Assembly (NCBI GenBank): GCA_010015805.1
Contig: ML978136.1
Location: 434,001 to 498,000 of the forward strand
Origin: Rhizodiscina lignyota
Lineage: Eukaryota
Direction of reading: 5' to 3'
DNA length: 64,000 nt
Below, piece after piece: positions 12,516 through 28,184 of the stretch (position 1 is its first letter; every line of letters begins with the position of its first letter). The translations under genes were made by a program, and so were the position numbers. The notes below the pieces were generated by a model, which made no database searches, was not told the origin of the DNA, and was given only the letters and a program-made list of their open reading frames with translations.

Positions 12516-12979
12516 ATCACTGTGATCGTTTTGATTTAGAGAATGAGTTACACTCACGAGGGTAGTATAGAAATCCCCGAGTCGTAACCGGGCAGACGGA
12601 AAGTTGCCTGCTGAGCAGCTAGGCGAGCTACCTCAGTTTCTGCTCCTTAAATTAAAGTATTTACGGTGGGTGCCTACTTTATCGCTATTCTTTTCCTCAG
12701 CTACTCTAACATCTGAATTTGCTTGTTCAATCCTCTTCGATTTAAACTTTCCTTTCACGATAACGCAAAGCAAGTACTTGTAAGCGATGATACATCAAGT
12801 CACTAATTCACAATGATTTCACTACTTTAAACAAACAAATATCAATTACTTCCTCCATATCCAGAACACCATTCTTGCTCTTCAGACCAAGACTGCAACA
12901 CCACTTGTTAGCAAGCAAAGCTAGGCTTACGTATTACTTGACATCTAGCAATTCCAACTCAGCGACCAGCAACGTGAAT

Positions 12980-13873
12980 ATGACCACCAGTCGCCAAGAA
13001 GAGCTTCGCGAGCGACTCGCCAAACTTCAAAACCTTGAACAGAATTATCTCCAAAGTTGCATCCAAGGCATTGAAAGTCCGGAGCCGCCTCAGTACAAGC
13101 CAGTCAAGACCAAAATTGACGGAAAATCCACTACACTGATCCATCCACTCCTCACAAAGGTCAGAATCAAGGAATCATCGTTGCGACTGAACCTAGGGCA
13201 TGTGCGCTACCAGGATGGACATGTGTGCGTGGTACGCCTGTCTTTCGATCAGATCACTGGCAATGTGGAAGTGGACAAAGGCCACATTATTCGTCTGATC
13301 CTTATGCCCAAGCTGCTATTGACCGAGGCGGTGGCTGCCGAACTTGTCGATGCTTTCGAGACGCAATGCCGCGCTGTGATGGCTCAAGTGGGGATGACCA
13401 ACAAAGTCCGAGAGGTAGCTTTTAATATCGCCAACGAAGGGCTTGCGGACAAGAAGACTGTGTTATCAAGTAACACAGGAAGAGCAAGGGAGCAGCTCCT
13501 GTTGACATGCGAAGACAGGGTGTCACTGAAGGTATTCGACAATGTGCACGACTTTTCGAATTCGTCACAGTCACTACTGAAGCGCCCGGCACCAGCAAAC
13601 GTGGCCATCGGATCAAACAAGCGAAGCAAGGCCGACGAAACAGGATCTCCACTAGATCGAGCTATGGCGGACGCTACGCAAGCTATTGAAGACGCGGTGC
13701 GCGAGGAAGTCAACCGTCAGGACAGCCATGTTAACGAGGTTCTGATTGCGGCAGATGAAGCGGTCAAGGTATTCGAACTCGTCGGTTCAGAGTTCAAGAC
13801 GGTTAACAACGCAATGGGAAAATTGAAAGACAAATTGAAGGATTTAAAGGAGAAGAACTCGGGTGGATCTTGA
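12980..13873 (+). CDS. Hypothetical protein with terminal coiled coils and a putative bipartite NLS
   Basis: Open frame 12875-13873, first ATG at 12980 (MTTSRQEELRERLAKLQNLEQ). LKRPAPANVAIGSNKRSK NLS-like segment and helical C-terminus; no family recognised. Confidence 0.6.
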   Translation: MTTSRQEELRERLAKLQNLEQNYLQSCIQGIESPEPPQYKPVKTKIDGKSTTLIHPLLTKVRIKESSLRLNLGHVRYQDGHVCVVRLSFDQITGNVEVDKGHIIRLILMPKLLLTEAVAAELVDAFETQCRAVMAQVGMTNKVREVAFNIANEGLADKKTVLSSNTGRAREQLLLTCEDRVSLKVFDNVHDFSNSSQSLLKRPAPANVAIGSNKRSKADETGSPLDRAMADATQAIEDAVREEVNRQDSHVNEVLIAADEAVKVFELVGSEFKTVNNAMGKLKDKLKDLKEKNSGGS

Positions 13874-14531
13874 CGACAGAATGAGCAACGAACAGGACCT
13901 GGCTCTGCTGTCTCCAATTGACGGAGCTCGTTTTTGCCGAAAGCCTTGGAACTGACAAAATGCATCTATGAATTCTCTGCAACGTGTTCAGCGTCAAGCA
14001 GCAGTACACGGGGCCTGATTATACCTCAGGTATTTTCCCATGGAGTTGTTGAGTTTCCTTGCAATTATTGGGTTGGTTGAAATCAGGAGATAATTTGGGA
14101 CTTTCTCATCTGATTGGCTTGATTCTGATAATGCACTGGCAAGGATCATTCAGGAGCTCAGTTGAGCTGTCACGGTGGAATTGGGACAACAATTTTTTTG
14201 GAGACAGGGAAAAGGGAGTTTGGAAAGGCATTTGTATACTTTGAGAAAAACACCAACTACTTTGACTTGATTCGATCCATAGTGTGCGTTGGCAGTCTCG
14301 ACTCCGTAAACCCTGTTTTTTTGGGTAGGCTGACAGGGGCCCCCCACCTACTGGATCAATCCGTTGCCCTGCCCTGCGCCTCCCTGTTTGGGCGCACCCT
14401 CTGGTCAACACCACCACATCTTCGTCACCCAATTGACGTGGCTCGCCCTTTTCACCTGAGCAAAAGGAGAGCACCCGACTTCTACAAAACTCACAAGTTG
14501 TTATGCCGCTGCAGCAGAGGGTTCGAACACG

Positions 14532-16731
14532 ATGGCGCTTCTCGAGCAGCAGTGGATTACCGTGCAGCAGAAAACATTCACGAAATGGTAAACAATGACT
14601 TCATCTGTCCCATTGCCTTGGCAGCCACCACGACTCCGTGCTGTGACTGTCCGCGGATGATGAACAGTGAATCTGACAAGTCCACAGGCTGAACAACAAG
14701 ATCAAAGCGCGGAATATCGAAATACAAGATCTGGTCAAGGATCTCTCCGATGGCGTACGTCGTCCCCTTAGTATCCCGTATTTCTTCCCCTCAGACCTCG
14801 ACTTTCTCATCCGCGGAGCAGTATTGTAGAGCTATGTCTTTCTTACACAATGACCACAGGTCACCCTCATCCACCTTCTCGAAATCCTCGGCAACGACTC
14901 CCTCGGCCGCTACGCATCCAAGCCCAAGCTCCGCGTCCAGCGCTTCGAAAACGTGAACCTCTCGCTCTCCTACATCCGCAGTCGACATATCCAGCTCACA
15001 AACATCGGTGCTGAGGACGTCGTCGACGGCAACCGCAAGATCATCCTCGGTTTGATCTGGACACTGATTCTGCGCTTTACCATCTCAGATATCAACGCTG
15101 AAGGCTTGAGTGCCAAGGAGGGATTGCTACTGTGGTGTCAGCGCAAGACGGCGTGCTATGACGAGGTGGAAGTGAGAGATTTCAGCACGAGTTGGAACGA
15201 CGGGCTAGCGTTTTGCGCACTACTTGATATTCACCGACCGGACTTGATTGACTACGATAGCCTGGACAAGTCGGATCATAAGGGTAATATGGCGCTTGCA
15301 TTCCAGATTGCCAGCCAGGAGATTGGCATTCCGGAGCTGCTGGATGTTGAGGACGTTGCAGACGTGGCGAAGCCGGACGAACGCAGTTTGATGACGTATA
15401 TCGCGTATTGGTTCCATGCGTTCAGCGCAATGGAGCGCGTCGAGAACGCTGGCAGGAGAGTGGAGAAGTTTGTTCAAAACATGCAGGGCGCGTGGGAGAT
15501 GGAGTCGTCCTTCGAGCGACGAATGCGGGAACTGCTGCGTGCTATCGAACGGCAGAGGCAACAATGGGACGAAGCACGATTCGAGGGGACATATGCAGAT
15601 GCCAAGAGTCAGGCTGCTGCGTTTGCGGGCTACAAGAAAGGAGACAAGAGACGCTGGGTCGCAGAAAAGAGCGAGCTTGCGAGTCTGCTAGGTAACATCA
15701 AGACTAAACTCGGCACGTATGGGCTGAGACCATACTCACCGCCAGCAGAGCTCAGTCTTGAGGCTCTCGAGGTGGCTTGGGCGGGGCTCATGCGTGCGGA
15801 GAGGGACAGAAGTCAGATCATCAACGAGACGATCAGAGACATCAAGAACGGGCTTCGAAAGTCGTTTGCCGACAAGGCGAATGGGCTGGCTCTGGCGTTG
15901 CAGACTCTAAGCACTAGCTTGACCGGTCTGGATGGTGATGTAGAGGACCAGCTCAAACACGCTAAGCAATTGAGCGAGAATCTGAAGCCCTTGGAGGACT
16001 ATTTGGAGATCATTAAGAAGGTGGATGCGCAGTGTATCGAAGCAAATATCGAGGAAAACGACTTCACGACATACTCCTATGAAGAGCTGGAGTACGAGCT
16101 TGGACTTGTAAAGTCGAGCGTCGCAAAGAAGCTGGCATTCCTCGAGAATCAAATGGTGGCGCGCAACATGACGAACCTCACGCCGATCCAGCTTGAGGAG
16201 TTCGAGAGTGTGTTCAGGCATTTCGATCGGGAGGGCAGAAATAGGCTCACGGAGCTGGAGTTCTCGGCAGCTTTGGCCAGCCTGGGGCTGGTGTATGACG
16301 AGCAAGAGATGAGAGTGAAGTTTAGAGAGGTTGCCGATGGTGGCTTGGAGACGGAGGGCCAGAGGACCGTTGGATTCGAGCGATTCATCAGATTCATGGT
16401 GGACGTAACAGAGGATCAGAACAGCGCAGAGCAGGTGTTCGAGAGCTTTAGGGAAGTTGCAGATGGAAAGGTGAGTCGCGTGTCTTTGATGCTTATTATA
16501 GTAATACTGACGGATGCCCAGCCCTACGTTACTGAACTCGACCTCCGGCATTCGCTTATTCCCGATGAGCTTGTCGACGAGCTTACCAAGACAATGCCGG
16601 AGCACTCGGGACCGGACTTGCAAGAGGACAGAGGACTTCCGAAATATGACTATATCAAATTTATGGAGAAGCTGATCGACGAGCCGGAAACGAACGGGCA
16701 TCCAACCGTAAACGGAGGGAGCAGCAGATGA
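14532..16731 (+). CDS. ain1: Alpha-actinin (two CH domains, spectrin repeats, EF hands)
   Basis: ATG 14532 (MALLEQQWITVQQKTFTKW); introns 14588-14687, 14755-14859 and 16471-16521. Motifs DLSDG, IGAEDVVDGNRKIILGLIWTLILRF, LLLWCQRKT, SWNDGLAFCAL and KPDERSLMTY. Confidence 0.95.
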
Positions 16732-18518
16732 CATGGTGGGTAGAAGGAAATGAAACGGAGCAGACTCCGCATGAGGCGACTGTTGTACTTGTTGCAAAGG
16801 CAGGAGATACCAGACTGGAAAGGAGCGCTTATTGGAGGAGAGAATCAAAGCATAGCGTGGAGGCTGTTTTGGTGGAGGCGCGGTGCATCGTCGGATTGGA
16901 GTTTGGTGGCAGCATTTCAGGAGTTTGAAAGAGCTTTTGCGATGCATGTAGAAACAAATCGCCGTACTTAAGCAGGTGCAGATAATATGTAATGTCGTCA
17001 TGCTGCAGGATTGCCACGATGCGAAATGAGGCAAGGTTTCGGCCTGCGCGATTAAGGAGAGGGCACCGGGGCCAGATGGAGGGCGAGGCGTCGGAGTGCG
17101 GGCGAGTGGTGAGCAGTGAGCGCGTCGTGAAGTGGTCGCGCAGCGCGTCAGGTCAAGCTTCCGGAGCAGATGAAACGTAGCGGCCATGTGCCCCTATCCA
17201 TGTAACACGAAGAGTGAGAGCACGATATTTGTTTCACCTCCTTGCCCGCCTTCTGCCATCGGCGCAGGGCGCTACACGCTGCGGTAGGCTCGGCAGCCGC
17301 TCCAGGGTCTGATAGCCATTGGCTTCTTCGAGAAGGTCCAGCAAAAGAAAACGGGGCAGCGCTAGCGGCATTCGAAATCTTCCTGGAAAGGCGCAGCTGC
17401 AGGAATGGGGTTCGATCGTCTTGGGCTGCACTCGCTTCAGCACCATGGTGTGGCTTTTGGGAATGGAGGTGCAGATTTGGGCGTGGAGCACACCGGCGCA
17501 CTGCAGCACGGCCGAAAGAGGCTCGACAGGCGCGGGAGCAGCTCCCCGGCTCGTTGGCAGAGGTTAGCAGCGCAGTGTAGCGGGTAGAGTGCCGCTGCTG
17601 CGTGCTGGGTGCTTCTCCCATCTCTTTGGCCGGTGGAGGCGGCGAGGGAATTTGGCAAAGCTGGCCAACGGTCGGGCAGATAGCTGACCATTTTCTGACT
17701 GGCGTGGGGCATGGGCCAAGAGCGCAGATGCGGGCGCTGGTTCGCTGTGCGCGGAGGAGGCCATCTGTGACTGCCAACTGCAGCGCGACTCGTTGCCTCC
17801 ACGCTGCCTCTGCCGTGGCACGCTGCAAGTCTCCTGTGCGTGGACAATTGCTTGTACTCGCTGCTCCTCGCCCTCTGCGTGCCTTCGACGCGCTCTCCGT
17901 GCTGCTGCTCCGCGCCGCTCGTCGTCGAGAGAGCTCTGCCACTACCTGGTACTAGCGCGCCCGCCTGGCCTGACTGAGTTGCGGCGGCTAAGCGTGAAGC
18001 GTGTCGATCCCTGCCTGTGGGCCGCTGAAGGCCTTCCCGACCTCTCCTTGTTCAACTTCATTCCAAGACCACACTACTTCCAACACGTACCACCCTCTCG
18101 ACCTCCGAATCCTGTGCAATCCGGACTGCAGCAAAACACCTTCCACCGCTTCTCATCTCACCACTGCCGCGTCGACTCACGGCCGCGGCCCTCTCTCGCT
18201 CTTAGGAGGCTCTCCGCCGCCTGCATAAGGGTCGACGACCCTTTGCGACGAGCTCCACCTCCGTACCTACTACGCCGCTCGCACGCCTCGGCGAACACGC
18301 TGCACAATGGCTTCCTCCTCTCCGTGAGTGTCTTCCCTTTCGCATGTTTTTCGTGTATTCGTGGAGCATGTTGACACAGTCGCCCACCGGGCAACTAGAT
18401 CGACATGCATTTTCTTAACTCCAAACACTCCTGGAGCGTGACAATTCTCCGCGACACTGCGTAAGATCGTTACTTCTCACAATGTGATGGCAACAGCATC
18501 TACTCGCCGGGTCAATTC

Positions 18519-21187
<2,669 letters not shown>

Positions 21188-22168
21188 AGCACTGAAAATT
21201 TGGGATACGAGCGATTTCTTCGAAGGCGTGGCTCTTTGCTGCGTAAAAGCTTTGGATAAGAACGGCCACTAACTGCAGGTATCTTCTTTCGGCGGTCTAA
21301 TTAGTCTTCGACTTCATTGACTGTGCCAGCGTTACCGTGCGCTTTTCCTATCAAGAATTTTCGACAATGGGCAAGATTCGACACGATCACTGGTGGGCAT
21401 TTGGCGGTGTCATGGCGTTTAATGATTCACATTGCGACGAGGGGATGAATGCTGGGACGGTCTTTCTGCATTTGGATTTTTTGCTTGCACGATTTGGATG
21501 GTTGGAGAAAGCTTTCCCTTTCGAAGCCTTTCTTTCACGCATCTTCTTGCGGGATACCTTTTCCTTTTCTCTGACGACGGCTTTTCGACTTGATTGTGAA
21601 ATGCCGTCTTGCCGCTGACTTTGGTTCTATATCAGCGGCGAAAGCAAAAACCTTCGAATAGACTCTTTCCAGTAACTTTTGAGGCTCCTTCTCTCGTGTG
21701 GCATTACAGCGGATGCGGCGTCTGCTCTCGCGAGCGGGCACGGCTAAGCTAATGATGTGTACATCGACTTTGGGAGCTTTTACACAAAAGGATACCTGTT
21801 CTAAAGCTGTTTCGTGCCGTGAATGATTGGAGTGCGTGCTCAACTGACGTTTCCATCGCGATGTGGACCTTGTAGATGTGCCTGCCATGGTTCAAATCCT
21901 GAATGCTGTATAATGAACTCTTTACCCCCTAAAATCCCATATCCGGGTTGGTGGATTTGTTGTTCTGCCATCCTGGCCTCGCCAAGCTCATGAGCTGACC
22001 CTCGTCATCCAAAAAGTTAGCGCGATTGCACCTCGATGTCCAACCTCCATTGCACTCTTTGACGCGCATCTGCTATCATTTACTCCTTTCCAAGTAATGT
22101 CCAAATCCTAGTGATCCCTAAATATCGTCAAAGACGATCGCGCCGACGCGACCAAACTATAATACAGC

Positions 22169-24338
22169 ATGCCGCAACCAGTGTCCTTTGCGAAGACCAC
22201 GCTCTCTTACCCTATATATGCTGCCGATTTCGACCCTTATGGTAGAGGATACTTGGTAGTTGGTGGAGGAGGTGGAGAGAGCAAGTGAGTTCCGAATTCG
22301 GCCTTCGTCCATTCAAAATCGGATCGCCTGCTAACGCTTTGTCGCGCGCGAAGGACAGGTGTAAAGAACAAAATTGTAAGTTTATAACCCTCGAAATGCA
22401 TTGTCGCCTACTACAGACGAGTATTTATATGCTAATGCGATCCAACTCCAGACCCTTCTTGACGTCTCCAATCCCGCCGAAATCAGCACCTCAGCCGAGC
22501 TCGAGCTCTCCACAGACGAAGACTCCGTGTCTTGTATAGCGAACCTCGCGTCGAAAGACGGCCTCATCGCGCTCACCGGCATCAACTCTGGCTCTAAAGA
22601 CGTCGAGGCAGGCAAAAATGAGCACTTTCGCGCGTTTCAGATCGACTATCCCAGGCGCGCCGAGCGCGGGAGCCCGAAGAAGGGCAAGTCCAAGAGCCCA
22701 GGAGCGAGGAAAGAGGTGGAGGGTAGGATAAGTCTGGTCAGCAAGACGAGCGTGTTCAAGCCGGCGGAGAGCCCGAAGAAGGAGACGTATCAGCGGATAA
22801 TACGCCTGAGTCCAGCGAAGAGAGCGTCAGGAGGCGGGAGTAAGAGGTTGGGGGCGATTGCGACGGGCTTTGCGAAGGAGAGCGAGGTCATTGTATTCAA
22901 TGCGACGACTGTCGCGCCGACGGAGAGGGATATTGTGACGAGGATAAGCCCGAGGAGGAATGCTGAGGCCGAGGATCTGGATCTGGTGGAGCAAAAGGAC
23001 GGAGAATTTAGACTGGCGTTTGCGACGGAGTACGATGTTTATGCGCAGGACATCGAGTACGACTTCAACCAGAGGAGGCCGAGAAAGCAGCTGAAGGAGC
23101 CGGAGAAGGTTTACTCGGTACCTCCACCAGATACGTTTGAAGGACCGGGACGGCCAAAATTTAGGGCGCTGAGGTTCTTGACGCGGAATCATGTCCTTCT
23201 GCTCGCCAACTTGCCGTCAAAGAAAGGCGCTGAACTGCTGATTTTGAAATTATATCCAAACGGCACAGGAGAAGTCGTTTTAAGAAAGAGGCTGGCACGA
23301 CATGTCAAAGCGACGACGGGCATGGACGTGTGCGCGCTCGATCCTGATCCTGTCACGGGCGCGAGACAAATTGTCGTGGCCGTTGCTGGTCAAGATAGCT
23401 CCGTCTCGATATTCACGCTCGATTACCACGGAACGAAGAGCGACTCATTAAGCACGTTCAGGGCATTCAGCGTCACGAAAGACGTGCACCCTTTCCAGAT
23501 CACCAAGATCGTTTTATCACCTTTCCATGCGCCTGGCTCGCCACCCTCCTCCACATCCAGCCCAAACTCCTCACCGAAAAAGAACCGCAAAGAGCAAGAG
23601 CAGCAATCGAAAAAGCTTGGACGGCAACATATCCACCTCGCGACAACTTCAATGGGGAACACTGTCGTCGTTGACACTCTGCCCCTCCAGCCGATCCCCA
23701 CCTCCGACAAATCCACACGTTACATCCTCTCCTCCGCACGCTCCTCTGCCATCCAAACCGGTGCATCTGCACTCGTCGTGGGCGTCGTGATGCTCGTGTG
23801 TCTGCTGCTGTTCCAGTCGTACCTGGCGATCACCTATCCCGATTCCGCTATCGGGCAACTCAGATTCGACCAGTACATCCCGCAACCGCTCCGGGATGCG
23901 GTGGGCAACCTCGCGCCGCCGGGTTCGAGAAGATTCGCGGTAGTGCACGACGTTGAAGATATGATCACGCATCCCCTCGACTCAAGACGGCGCATCAAAG
24001 ACCTACTGCACCACCTCTCCTCGCGTTCTGCGGCAGCATCATCCGAGCCCGCCGCTGCGGTTGTCGTCCGGCCCTCTGAGCCAGACGCCGATTCCGAGCA
24101 TCCAGACAGTGCCTCCCTCGAAACCGAAGTCCATCCCAATGAGGAATCAGTGCTGCGAAAGGACGGCGATGCGAAGCGCTGGGACCAGCTGAGCCATCGC
24201 GAGAAGGAGTGGTGGAGGCGGAGACTTATTGCGGCGGGTGCGTGGGCTGTCGAAGAGGGAGAGACGGTGCTGCAGGGGATTTTCTTTAGTAGCTTTGCTG
24301 GGGCTATCGGGGATATTGTTGCGGAGGCACTGAGGTGA
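22169..24338 (+). CDS. sec12: Sec12/PREB-like guanine-nucleotide exchange factor for Sar1 (beta-propeller, single TM)
   Basis: ATG 22169; introns 22285-22353 and 22376-22451 give YPIYAADFD...VVGGGGGESKTGVKNKI (Sec12 K-loop). VHPFQIT, LATTSMGNTVVV and TM ALVVGVVMLVCLLLFQSYL. Confidence 0.88.
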
Positions 24339-24517
24339 GGAGGGAGGAGTGATTGCTGTGTATTGATTAGGCTTGTGTGATAGATTACATCTCCAAACTA
24401 CTTTAACCTAACAGGTTATTCATTCCACACCGTTTGGCCCAACCCAACATTTTGCTGTATATGAGCGGATATTAAATATAACGCCGGGTCTATCAATCAT
24501 GAGGACTCTCTCTGGCT

Positions 24518-25027
24518 TTACGCGTTCACCTTATCCAAGACGGCCCGAGCCTCTTTCAACTCTTGTCCTGACTGCAGATTCACAACCACAAGATACAGCG
24601 CGTCCTGTCTCATATGCTTCATTTTCTTAAGTGTTCATGCCCTCCTCGCACACCCTGGGCCTGGGAATACGTCCCTAGCTAATGCCTGCTTGATGATCCG
24701 TCTGCTCCTCTTATCTGGCAGCTAGTACTTGCCTCCTGATACAACCGCAAGGATATTTCCACTGTTAAAGCTGCCATTCTCAACTTTCATAGCAACAACA
24801 ACAGCAGCAATGTCTGATAATCGATACTTCAGAGATCAAGATCGAGGAGTCAGAAGCACCGTATTTAGGTAGCGAGGACCTTGAACAGACCCACTCCTTC
24901 AATATTTTCTGTGGAATTTGGAGCGAGCCCTGACAGAGTATCGATCAGCTCAATTTGATACTGGTCATGGATAGGCCCTGCGGCCCCACGCCACTGACGA
25001 GGGATTGCAGATCCAGTGTAGTGGCAT
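24518..25027 (-). pseudogene. Possible spliced gene relic with two in-frame stops
   Basis: Two well-formed minus-strand introns (24930-24998, 24827-24894) with phase-compatible exons; last exon of ~103 codons interrupted by TAG 24724-24722 and TGA 24637-24635. No family recognised. Confidence 0.3.
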
Positions 25028-25456
25028 GGCTTAGCGGAGCTGCTCGCGCTTCCTCTAGATTAAATTCTCTGGTCTGGAGTCCAGATTCGGACTTTGAAAT
25101 CTAAGGACTTAAGAACCTGTAAGATATAACTCTGCTATCTGACAAAAATGCGGTAAAACGATGGAAGCGACGTCGGGAAAGTTTCATGCGCGTTGACATA
25201 ACTCTTTGCCCTTATGTAAGCAGCGGCCCATGAAGGCTTTGACGTCGGCGCATGCAAGTGCATGTGCTTCTAAGGATCTGTTGACGGAAGCCTTGAACGA
25301 GGCACAGTCTGTCCTCTGTTCCTTTCTATTGCTACCTGCCAGCTGGCAGCATGAACGATCTGTTGTCACTCTATTCTCAATCCTGCCGCGTGCACCGTAG
25401 AAGCTGTTAGCGAACGTTGCACAACCCGCCGTTGAAGACTCGACCGGCAACGCGCA

Positions 25457-27764
25457 ATGCTTCTCCCATCGCTGGCCGAAAGTCACAATCCGACACCCGC
25501 TACGCTCACATCTGCAGCATTCCTTGCGACCACTTCCGGCAAGGCTCATAAGGGCATAAGCGGTGATGGCTGGTCATCTCTTATTGGCATTGTCACGGCG
25601 ATTGTTGGCAATATCCTCATTTCGGTCGCCTTGAATACACAGCGATACGCGCATATTCGTTTGAACAAGGAGTGGGCAGAGAAACAGAAGGCACGGCGAA
25701 AACAGGGACGAGTGAATGGCGGTGGCGTGGGAAAGCCATCGGGGCAAGGGCAGAGAAACGGAAAGGCAAAGGCCTCATTGAAGAGAAGACAGACGGCAGA
25801 CGGCGAGGATCCAAGACAGTTCTCAGCAGACTACTCGCTGAACTCTGGCACTGAGACTGATCCCTTGATTTCTCGGTCTGAAGAGGAAGACGAGGATGAG
25901 ACGGCGTCCGAATTGACGGCGAAAGAGCTAGATTCTTCTGATGGCGGACAGACATCTTACCTAAAGTCACCATATTGGTGGGTGGGCCTGGTATTGATGA
26001 CAGTAGGAGAGGCAGGGAATTTCTTAGCATATGGATTCGCACCAGCCTCGATTGTGTCACCGCTTGGTGTAGTGGCACTCATCTCGAATTGTATTATCGC
26101 ACCGTTCCTGCTCAAAGAGCGATTCCGGAAACGTGACGCCCTTGGCGTTTTGATAGCCGTCGCTGGTGCCGTCACGGTTGTTGTCAGCGCAAAAAGTAGC
26201 AATCCGAAGTTAGGGCCGGATGAAATCTGGGATCTGATTGCGACCTGGGAGTTCGAGACGTACCTGGGAATCACGGCATTTGTCATTATTTGCCTCATGG
26301 TTGCCAGCGAGAAGATCGGAGGCAGCTCGATCTTCATTGATCTGGGATTGGTTGGCCTCTTCGGTAAGAATATTGTTCAACTTTGTTAACTTGCTGAGTC
26401 TAATTGGATGTTTAGGCGGATACACTGCCCTCTCCACGAAAGGCGTTGCCTCACTTCTCAGCTTGACGCTGTTTCGCGCACTCACATTCCCAGTGACCTA
26501 TCTGCTGGCCTTCATCCTATTTTCCACGGCAGTCATGCAGATCAGGTACTTGAATCGAGCATTGCAGCGATTCGACTCAACCCAAGTTATTCCCACGCAA
26601 TTCGTCCTCTTCACGCTCTCTGTCATCCTTGGCAGCGCAGTTCTCTATCGAGATTTTGAGAGGACCAAAGCTGAGAATGCCGGCGAGTTTATTGGCGGCT
26701 GTGCTCTAACCTTCGCGGGCGTGTGGCTTATCACTAGTGGCAGGAAACGTGAATCAGACGAAGAGGAAGCCGAATATCTCGATGAAGAAGATGTGGATGC
26801 AATTAATCTGGTTGACGAGGAATACCACGATGTGCCGGATGATGAAACTGAGGGTACTGCTACAGAATATCGAAGCCGCAGGCCGAGCACTCAGGTATCC
26901 GTGCCGTTTGCTATGAGTGCTGCTAGTACGCGGAGACAGTCCCGTGTCGCGGCCTCTCCGCATTCACCTCGCGTGGTATCCTTTGATCCACCACCAGAGA
27001 CGCCTATCAGCGAGCCTTCGCCTATTGCTGATATCCCAACCGCTCCCGCATCACTGACAGAGAACCCGTGGCAATCTTCGCACGAGGGCTCTCCTACTGA
27101 ACATGGGTTACTTGGACCGTTTACACCCCAGCCATCGAAACCAGAGCCGCCACCATTCCTTACATCTACCTCGGAACCAGTCCTCCATACAGGCGTACGT
27201 ACACATCAGGTGCGGCCTCATACTCCACATACGCCTGATCCGTCAACTGCAGCTCACACGCACGCCACTCCATCTTCCGCGGCTGCACATACTCACGGCC
27301 ATCCAACAACTCCACGCACTAATCCATCGAATCAGCTTCGCCATTCGCTCACTGAGTTCGTACCTGGCCCACTCCTAACTCCACTTTCTGGCTCTTTGAG
27401 TGCAGTGGTCGCAGACACGCTTAGAAGAGGCGTTGACGCAGCATCCATCAGACGTCGACGGAGTATCGCGAAGACGAGGCTTCCAAACATGCCCAGTCCT
27501 AGAGGCAATAGAGCTAGGGGCGCTAGCGAGGCAGATCTATCCGCCGCTGCTGCGGCAATTGCACCGCTCGCGCACCGAAGCAACGACATTAACCCTACCA
27601 GAAATGACGAAGAGGAGCCTGACCAAACGATAGAAGAAGCATCGCCAACGGCGATGAAATCAAGAGGACAAAGTTTCAGCAATACGCTGGGGAAATTGTT
27701 CAAGCCCAAGAAGACTAAGAAGGATGGAACAAATGCAGACTCGGCGCCGCCAACACCGGGCTGA
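25457..27764 (+). CDS. NIPA-family (DUF803) magnesium transporter with long disordered C-terminal tail
   Basis: YLKSPYWWVGLVLMTVGEAGNFLAYGFAPASIVSPLGVVAL; intron 26364-26415 joins to GGYTALSTKG...QIRYLNRALQRFDSTQVIPTQFV. Confidence 0.93.
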
Positions 27765-28184
27765 TCTTTGCGTTTGGCTGTAAATAATTGTAATGTTGGT
27801 GAAGAAGTAGAGGCTGTGGCGGTGCGTGCATAGCACTGGCGTTCTTTCTCTTCCTTTTTAGCGAAGCGCATGGAATGGAGCGCGAACAGTAGATTGTATA
27901 CCCCGAGGCGAAACCCTTGTGCTTGAATCGTTAATATTTTGAGAAGGCAGACTGGTTTGAGCAATTTCGTTGAGCGTTGGGTATATCCTCCTCACACAAA
28001 CAGACATGTCCACATTTTCCGATGTCGTCGCGAGCCTTACTCTTCCACGTATGTGAGAGCTCTCTTGAGGCCTGGATTTAATATGCTCTAGATTGTACTC
28101 ATGAGGAAACACGTCTAACAAATGTAACTTTTATTGGATGAATGGATTCTGCATTCTGATAGTCCGACGTATGGGAGCTATAGC

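Noticed and set aside
12569..12610. GAAATCCCC plus a GGAAA-loop hairpin suggesting RNase MRP RNA
   Set aside because: No downstream CR-V partner (GGGGCTT/GGAGCTTA) found, and the CR-I match is imperfect.
15907..17187. 426 aa minus-strand ORF
   Set aside because: Antisense shadow of alpha-actinin and its 3' flank; no recognisable motifs, and explained by the codon bias of the sense gene.
17148..18374. Several overlapping 100-264 aa ORFs on both strands
   Set aside because: GC-rich promoter/leader of cla4 with few stops; Arg/Ala/Ser/Cys-rich, non-protein-like translations.
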